Shown: piece by piece, positions 58,624-64,000 of the stretch
Position numbering within the stretch: the stretch's first letter is position 1
Layout: every line of letters begins with the position of its first letter
Assembly (NCBI GenBank): GCA_041671325.1
Contig: JBAZBR010000003.1
Coordinates: 132,506 to 196,505, forward strand
From: Patescibacteria group bacterium
Lineage (GTDB): Bacteria > Patescibacteriota > Patescibacteriia > PEXW01
Direction: 5' to 3'
DNA: 64,000 nucleotides
The notes under the pieces: model-generated
Told to the model about the DNA's origin: nothing
Seen by the model: only the letters and a program-made list of their open reading frames with translations
Databases searched by the model: none
Program-made: the position numbers and the translations under genes

Positions 58624-59904
58624 TTAAAGATAGCTTAGCGGATTTCTTTTCCCGCCATTTTGCATTACTTCAAAATGCAGGTGTGTACCAGTTGACCGGC
58701 CGGTTGAACCGACCATGCCGATTGTTTGACCGCGTTTTACCGATTGGCCAGCCCTGACGAATATTTTACTGGCATGGCCATACAAGGTTTCCCGACCGGC
58801 GCCATGGTTAATTATAATATGGAAGCCATAGCCATAGCGGGCATAAATTACGCTTTCTACCACCCCGCTGTCGGCGGCGTAAATTGGGCTTGAATAATCG
58901 CCATCTATATCCACGCCAGTGTGCCTATATTTATAATATTGGTTAATTCTTCGGCTAATAGTGGGCCATTGCAAACGGGCGCCTGGCACGACTCGGGCGG
59001 GTGCCGGGATATTGAAAATAGCGAATTTGCGGGTTGCAGAAGTGCTGGGTTGGATTGGTTGGACTGCAGGTTCTATGCTGCCGCCAGGAATGATTAATTC
59101 TTCCCCAGCATTTAAGGCTTCACCGCTGGCTAAGCGATTAAAGGCTAAGATTTTTTCTGAATCCGCCTTATATTTTGTAGCGATTTTTTTAATTGTTTCA
59201 CCGGATTTAATGGTATGGATAACGCCGTCGATTGGCAAAATTGTTAATTTTTGGCCGGGTTTAATATAATCAGCCTCGCTTAAATTATTGGCCCATAAAA
59301 TTGTTTCCGTGCTAATGCTGAATTGCTGGGCGATTGAACTTATTGTGTCACCGCCTTCAACAATGTAATACCTGACTTCTTCAGAACTATCTTCGCTTGT
59401 ACCGCCACTGCCTAAAGCCAGCTGCTGCTCGGGGTTATTTTCTGAAGTTGAATCAGCTACCGGCCTGGCAGCAATATTCAAAGTTGGGGTCAAGGCCAAT
59501 TTTTGTTCCTTGTTAATTTGGGTTGCAGGGCCTTCGATTATTTCCAAATCCTCAGAAGGATCGCCTGGGAAAATATTGGCAAAAATGCTTTTTCGGCCGA
59601 AGGTTGCTGGATCAGAACTTTGGGCCTGGACATTGTTAAAAGCGATAAGCATAGCCACGATTGCGACCAAGGCTGTGACCGTGTTTCGGTGGAAAATAAA
59701 ATAGGCCCAGCGGTTTTTTGTCGGCGCGATTATTTTATTGAGCTTACTTTTGAAAAGCCGGTAGAGGCGGTAAAGCGGCCGTAATATGATTAGCCAAATC
59801 AAACGTCCCAACCATTTAAATGGCGTCAATAGCAATAGGATTATCTTTCCCAAACCCATTAATATTGAACCAAGAAAATTCAATATTTTTATGAGTGAGC
59901 TCAA
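58624..59904 (-). CDS. LysM-containing M23 peptidase
   Basis: Two LysM repeats, HTGVD, YGH, STGRSTGTHLHFE; start uncertain. Confidence 0.92.
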   Translation of the reverse strand: MSSLIKILNFLGSILMGLGKIILLLLTPFKWLGRLIWLIILRPLYRLYRLFKSKLNKIIAPTKNRWAYFIFHRNTVTALVAIVAMLIAFNNVQAQSSDPATFGRKSIFANIFPGDPSEDLEIIEGPATQINKEQKLALTPTLNIAARPVADSTSENNPEQQLALGSGGTSEDSSEEVRYYIVEGGDTISSIAQQFSISTETILWANNLSEADYIKPGQKLTILPIDGVIHTIKSGETIKKIATKYKADSEKILAFNRLASGEALNAGEELIIPGGSIEPAVQPIQPSTSATRKFAIFNIPAPARVVPGARLQWPTISRRINQYYKYRHTGVDIDGDYSSPIYAADSGVVESVIYARYGYGFHIIINHGAGRETLYGHASKIFVRAGQSVKRGQTIGMVGSTGRSTGTHLHFEVMQNGGKRNPLSYL

Positions 59905-60206
59905 GAAAATTTTTATGACTCGATCGCTAATAAGTTAAGCTTTAATCATAAATAGCCACCACGTCTCATATTATAAAAAATCCCTAGGGAATAATAGAGA
60001 TTGATGAATTTCCAAACTAACATGCAGGCGTTTTTATGTCAAGCCACATTTTGGTTTTTTGGCTAATCTAAGGCAAAAAAATTGAGGTATTCATTGACAG
60101 AATAATTGGAATCTATTAGTGTATCATCGGTTCCCATGAGAGCCGCGGTGGCACTCAGTTTGAAGTTCGAAACAAGTTCATTGATAAAAGATTAAGGAGT
60201 GGAAAG

Positions 60207-61202
60207 GTGTTTTTAAAATTGCCCGAACTACGCGTGACAGTTAACTCGCGATGTGAGCGCGCGTGTTTCTTCTGTCGTTACTCAGGAGAGGGGGTCGAAA
60301 CGCCAGCGATGGCAGAGTTGGATATTAGGACAGTACTTACCGTTGTTAAGATATGTGAGAGTTTTGGTGTTTCCTATGTGAAGCTTACTGGCGGTGATCC
60401 TGCGCTTTGGCAACCACTTGTGGATTGTGTAAGAGTAATCAAAGAACAGACAGCATGCCGTGTTGAGGTCATTTCTCGCCATCCTAAGATCGCGGCATAT
60501 GCACATCTTCTCGCTCAAGCAGGGGTGGATATGCTGAATATAAGCATTGATACTCTCGATCCGACTTTGCACCGCAAGATCACGGGCGTAAACGACTTGG
60601 ATGGCATCTTAGATGCACTCAAGGCATGTGTGAATACCGGCGTATCTTGTAAAGTTAATATGGTCGTACTCGCAGGCATCAATGATCACGAGATTGATGC
60701 TCTTATCTCGTTCAGTGATTCTCTTGGAGTTAAGGTGGTTAAGCTTCTTGATCTCATGACAGACATTGAGGACGGAACGGAAACTTTCGTACAACGGATG
60801 CATCTACTCGGATTCGGTTCGTTGCGTGAGGTTTATTTACCGTTGCAGAGCATTGCAAGTAGGTTGAAAAAGCGAGCGGTCGGTGAACGTAGGTTTCTAC
60901 AATTAGGAGGCCTCGGTAATCCTATGCTCAGTTTCACGATGCCATCTGGAATGGATGTGGTGATCAAAGACCACCACGCCGGTGCGTGGTACGGTTCTAT
61001 CTGTAAGGGATGTAAGTACTATCCGTGCAGTTCGGCTCTTATGGCACTTCGTCTTACAGCCGATATGCGTTTGCAGTACTGTCTATTTCGGGAAGATCTC
61101 TGTATCGACATAAAATTAATTAAGGCTAAAAGCCTTTGCAATATTATCGCCGATGTGCTTCAGGTGTACGACCAAGCCATTTTTCATGCCTGTCCCGAAT
61201 AA
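60207..61202 (+). CDS. MoaA-like radical SAM protein
   Basis: CERACFFC, KLTGGDP, NISIDTL, CKGC...C...LRLTAD..LQYCL. Confidence 0.88.
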   Translation: MFLKLPELRVTVNSRCERACFFCRYSGEGVETPAMAELDIRTVLTVVKICESFGVSYVKLTGGDPALWQPLVDCVRVIKEQTACRVEVISRHPKIAAYAHLLAQAGVDMLNISIDTLDPTLHRKITGVNDLDGILDALKACVNTGVSCKVNMVVLAGINDHEIDALISFSDSLGVKVVKLLDLMTDIEDGTETFVQRMHLLGFGSLREVYLPLQSIASRLKKRAVGERRFLQLGGLGNPMLSFTMPSGMDVVIKDHHAGAWYGSICKGCKYYPCSSALMALRLTADMRLQYCLFREDLCIDIKLIKAKSLCNIIADVLQVYDQAIFHACPE

Positions 61203-61254
61203 TCAGTGGTTAATCACCACTTAGGTATTTAAGAAGAGAGGAACACTTAAAGCC

Positions 61255-61755
61255 TTATTCATTTATGAGTGAGTGAGGCTTTTTCAAATGTTCTATAGCT
61301 TTTTGCAGGATTTTTAACATTGATCCAATCATGCACATAGAATCAATTTGCGCTAAATCTTCAATATCCCACCAGATATATCGTGAATGTTCTTCCGAAA
61401 GTTGCACGTGATTGTTAGTTAGTTCAGTTAAAAAATTGAATTGCCGCGCTTTTTTTCCATCAGGTGATATGGCATCGAAAGACCCGATGTATTCATGTAT
61501 TTTTGCTACTTTTAAATTTGTTTCTTCAAATAATTCTCGTTCCACGCCCCGGAGAATATTCTCGTCGGCTTTAAGGTTACCGCCGGGTATTTCTATATAG
61601 CCTGGGAGAAAATCGTCGCGTGAAGATCGTTCAACAAGCAAAATTTTTTTATGAAAAATTGGTATTGCTCCAACGAGTATCCTTTCAATACCATCGGATT
61701 CAGCTTGTTGTTTTAATTTTTCTGCGAATTGTTGGAGTTCAAATCTTTGTTCCAT
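61255..61755 (-). CDS. NUDIX hydrolase
   Basis: PGGNLKADENILRGVERELFEETNL Nudix box, LSEEH. Confidence 0.92.
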   Translation of the reverse strand: MEQRFELQQFAEKLKQQAESDGIERILVGAIPIFHKKILLVERSSRDDFLPGYIEIPGGNLKADENILRGVERELFEETNLKVAKIHEYIGSFDAISPDGKKARQFNFLTELTNNHVQLSEEHSRYIWWDIEDLAQIDSMCMIGSMLKILQKAIEHLKKPHSLINE

Positions 61756-61990
61756 AAGTAAGTATGTGTTGTAAAAGTTTTATTTAGTAGTCAAACTCGG
61801 GTTGGTAATACGAATCTGTTGGTCGTGGTTTTGGAATAAACACCTTATTGTATTCAAATATAACAAATGCTTATCATTTTGTCAGCCTGCCGTAAGCATG
61901 TGTTGTTAGGGCTAATTTTTCGGTTTTTGGCTAATCTAAGGCAAAAAAAATCTTGAAAAAAGCCTGGATATTTGGTAAATTGTATTGACA

Positions 61991-64000
61991 ATGGGTAGCA
62001 ACAAATACCAGCCGGAAAAGCTGGAAAATAAATGGCAGCAGGCTTGGTTGAAAGCGAAAATTTTCCAAGCCAAAGATTTTCCGAAAATGAAAAAGCATTA
62101 CGTTTTGGATATGTTCCCATATCCTTCAGCCGAGGGTTTGCATGTCGGCCATCCAGAAGGCTATACGGCTTCAGATATTTTTGCCCGATATTTGAAGATG
62201 AATGGCTTTGAAGTCCTGCACCCCATGGGTTGGGATGCTTTTGGCTTGCCCGCGGAAAATTACGCTATCAGAACCGGCACCCAGCCCGAAGCCACCACGC
62301 AGAAAAATATTAAGAATTTCAAGCGCCAAATCCAGTCCTTAGGCTTTGCCTATGATTGGTCCAGGGAAATAAACACCACCGATCCTGAATATTACAAGTG
62401 GACCCAGTGGATATTCTTGAAATTATTTGAAGCAGGTTTGGCTTATGAAGCTTTTGCGCCCATCAACTGGTGCCCGAAAGATAAGACTGGCTTAGCTAAT
62501 GAGGAAGTGGTTAACGGTAAGTGTGAAAGGTGCGGGACAGAAGTGGTGAAAAAAAATATCCGCCAATGGCTGGTAAAAATTACGGACAGGAAATATATAG
62601 ATCGCTTATTATCGGGTTTAGAAAAATTGGATTGGCCAGAATCCATAAAGTCACTCCAGAAAAATTGGATTGGTAAAAGTGAAGGAGCGACTGTGAGTTT
62701 TTCTGTCATTGCGAGGAGCGAAGCGACGACCTGCCCGCCGAACTCGCTATGGCGAGGCAGGCGGGAACAATCCCGCATTAATAATGAGATTGCCACGCCC
62801 CTTGGTAAGCTCGGGGCTCGCAATGACACAATAGAAGTCTTTACCACTCGGCCGGATACGCTTTTTGGCGCCACTTATTTGGTTTTATCGCCCGAACATC
62901 CATTAGTAGATGAAATTACCGCTCCTATGCAGAAGAAAGCGGTTGAGGATTATAAACTTCAAGCTAGTAAAAAATCAGACTTGGATAGGACAGACTTGGC
63001 TAAAGAAAAGACTGGGGTTTTTACCGGGGCTTATGCTATTAATCCGGTCAATAACAAAAAAATCCCAATCTGGATTGCGGATTATGTTTTAGCATCTTAT
63101 GGTACAGGCGCCATTATGGCTGTGCCCGCGCATGATGAACGGGATTTTGAGTTCGCCAAGAAATATAAATTACCGATTGTTAAAGTCATTGAACCACCCA
63201 AGGTGATGCCTAAACGGACTCTGGAATCGTTTGCTTCTTCAGGGGCGGCCGGTCATCTGCAAGGCGATATTGAAAGTGATTGTTGGATTGGTGGCGGAGT
63301 AATGGTCAATTCCGGGAAATACGATGGAATGGACTCTTTAAAATTTAGCAAAGTAATTACTGATTGGTTGGAAAAAAATGATAAAGGCCACCAGGCAGTC
63401 CAATACAAGCTTCGTGACTGGGTTTTTTCCAGGCAAAGGTATTGGGGCGAGCCCATCCCCATTATCCATTGCGAAAAATGCAAAACAGACGTGGAACTGA
63501 ATGCTTATGAAATACACTTTTATAATCAAGAATCTTGGGACATGATCATGTCTGGAGAAAAAACCGTTGAAACCCGGGCTTTAAACCCTGATGAAAAATT
63601 AAAATATTTTGGCAATATAAAAAAAGGCAATTTTTTAAGAGCGGTCAATAAACAGACAAAACAAGTCCAATTTTTAGAAGTTTTAGAAGCAAAAGCATTT
63701 GCTAGTTTGGAAGAACTTTTCAAACGTCCTATTTTAATCAAGCAGATTTATCCTAAAATCAGCATTAAAACCTTAAAAGATTTAAAACAAGCCTTTAGTT
63801 TTACGCCAGAATATGTGGACCGTATCCAAAGACATGGTTTGATTGCCTGGAAAATAAAGAAAATCCAGCCTGGCTTGATTGCTGTACCGGAAAAAGATTT
63901 GCCCTTGGAATTGCCAAGGGTAAAAGCATACCAACCCACTGGTACGGGCGAATCCCCTTTGGCTTCAATTGAAAAATGGGTGAAAACAAAATGCCCCAAG
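61991..64000 (+). CDS. leuS: Leucine--tRNA ligase (runs off the window; not in ORF track)
   Basis: Manual translation: [63 protein letters not shown]. Confidence 0.97.
   Translation, partial: MGSNKYQPEKLENKWQQAWLKAKIFQAKDFPKMKKHYVLDMFPYPSAEGLHVGHPEGYTASDIFARYLKMNGFEVLHPMGWDAFGLPAENYAIRTGTQPEATTQKNIKNFKRQIQSLGFAYDWSREINTTDPEYYKWTQWIFLKLFEAGLAYEAFAPINWCPKDKTGLANEEVVNGKCERCGTEVVKKNIRQWLVKITDRKYIDRLLSGLEKLDWPESIKSLQKNWIGKSEGATVSFSVIARSEATTCPPNSLWRGRREQSRINNEIATPLGKLGARNDTIEVFTTRPDTLFGATYLVLSPEHPLVDEITAPMQKKAVEDYKLQASKKSDLDRTDLAKEKTGVFTGAYAINPVNNKKIPIWIADYVLASYGTGAIMAVPAHDERDFEFAKKYKLPIVKVIEPPKVMPKRTLESFASSGAAGHLQGDIESDCWIGGGVMVNSGKYDGMDSLKFSKVITDWLEKNDKGHQAVQYKLRDWVFSRQRYWGEPIPIIHCEKCKTDVELNAYEIHFYNQESWDMIMSGEKTVETRALNPDEKLKYFGNIKKGNFLRAVNKQTKQVQFLEVLEAKAFASLEELFKRPILIKQIYPKISIKTLKDLKQAFSFTPEYVDRIQRHGLIAWKIKKIQPGLIAVPEKDLPLELPRVKAYQPTGTGESPLASIEKWVKTKCPK
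62704..62828. repeat. RPE-like palindromic element inserted in frame in leuS, with a nested 36-bp element
   Basis: tgtcattgcgag...ctcgcaatgaca; encodes VIARSEAT...QS...EIATP...ARND. Confidence 0.88.

Larger units (their letters stand above)
60056..61949. repeat. 26-bp direct repeat flanking the radical SAM/NUDIX pair
   Basis: tttttggctaatctaaggcaaaaaaa at 60056-60081 and 61924-61949. Confidence 0.85.

Noticed and set aside
62443-63999. Short track ORFs at the right end
   Set aside because: They lie within the continuous leuS frame starting at 61991.
1-64000. Alternative genetic code 25 (TGA=Gly)
   Set aside because: Conserved genes are intact under code 11, and long ORFs such as the 2908-aa protein end in TGA at a plausible terminus.

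Overview
Low-GC bacterial chromosome segment, genetic code 11. Gene content (several TrmB-like regulators, tRNA-adjacent large serine recombinase, giant surface protein, cohesin/dockerin cluster, domain insertions in LeuRS) suggests a CPR/Patescibacteria genome; this is inference. Housekeeping genes include partial infB and leuS, trxA-trxB-gdhA, ddl, lspA, comM-like, an ABC transporter, a two-component system and three tRNAs. The best candidate for an undescribed system is a TrmB-divergent operon at about 22.75-29.67 kb. It has a long structured leader followed by seven unrelated ORFs, and each ORF is followed by a sequence-variable but structure-conserved element (stem with GCAC at the apex, pyrimidine tract, second stem, often a third AYWAC-loop hairpin), resembling an integrase-less cassette array or a repeated RNA signal. 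The second candidate is a 3.25-kb serine-recombinase element in tRNA-Arg(CCT) that carries an internal, inverted, exact copy of its own reconstituted attP, enclosed by 22-bp inverted repeats. Also seen: a DUF559 nuclease with palindromic ends plus a deleted derivative, nested palindromic elements inside parS sites and inside leuS, an ASCH-like domain in LeuRS, a leader-peptide attenuator and a CDPS-like domain in a 1108-aa protein.
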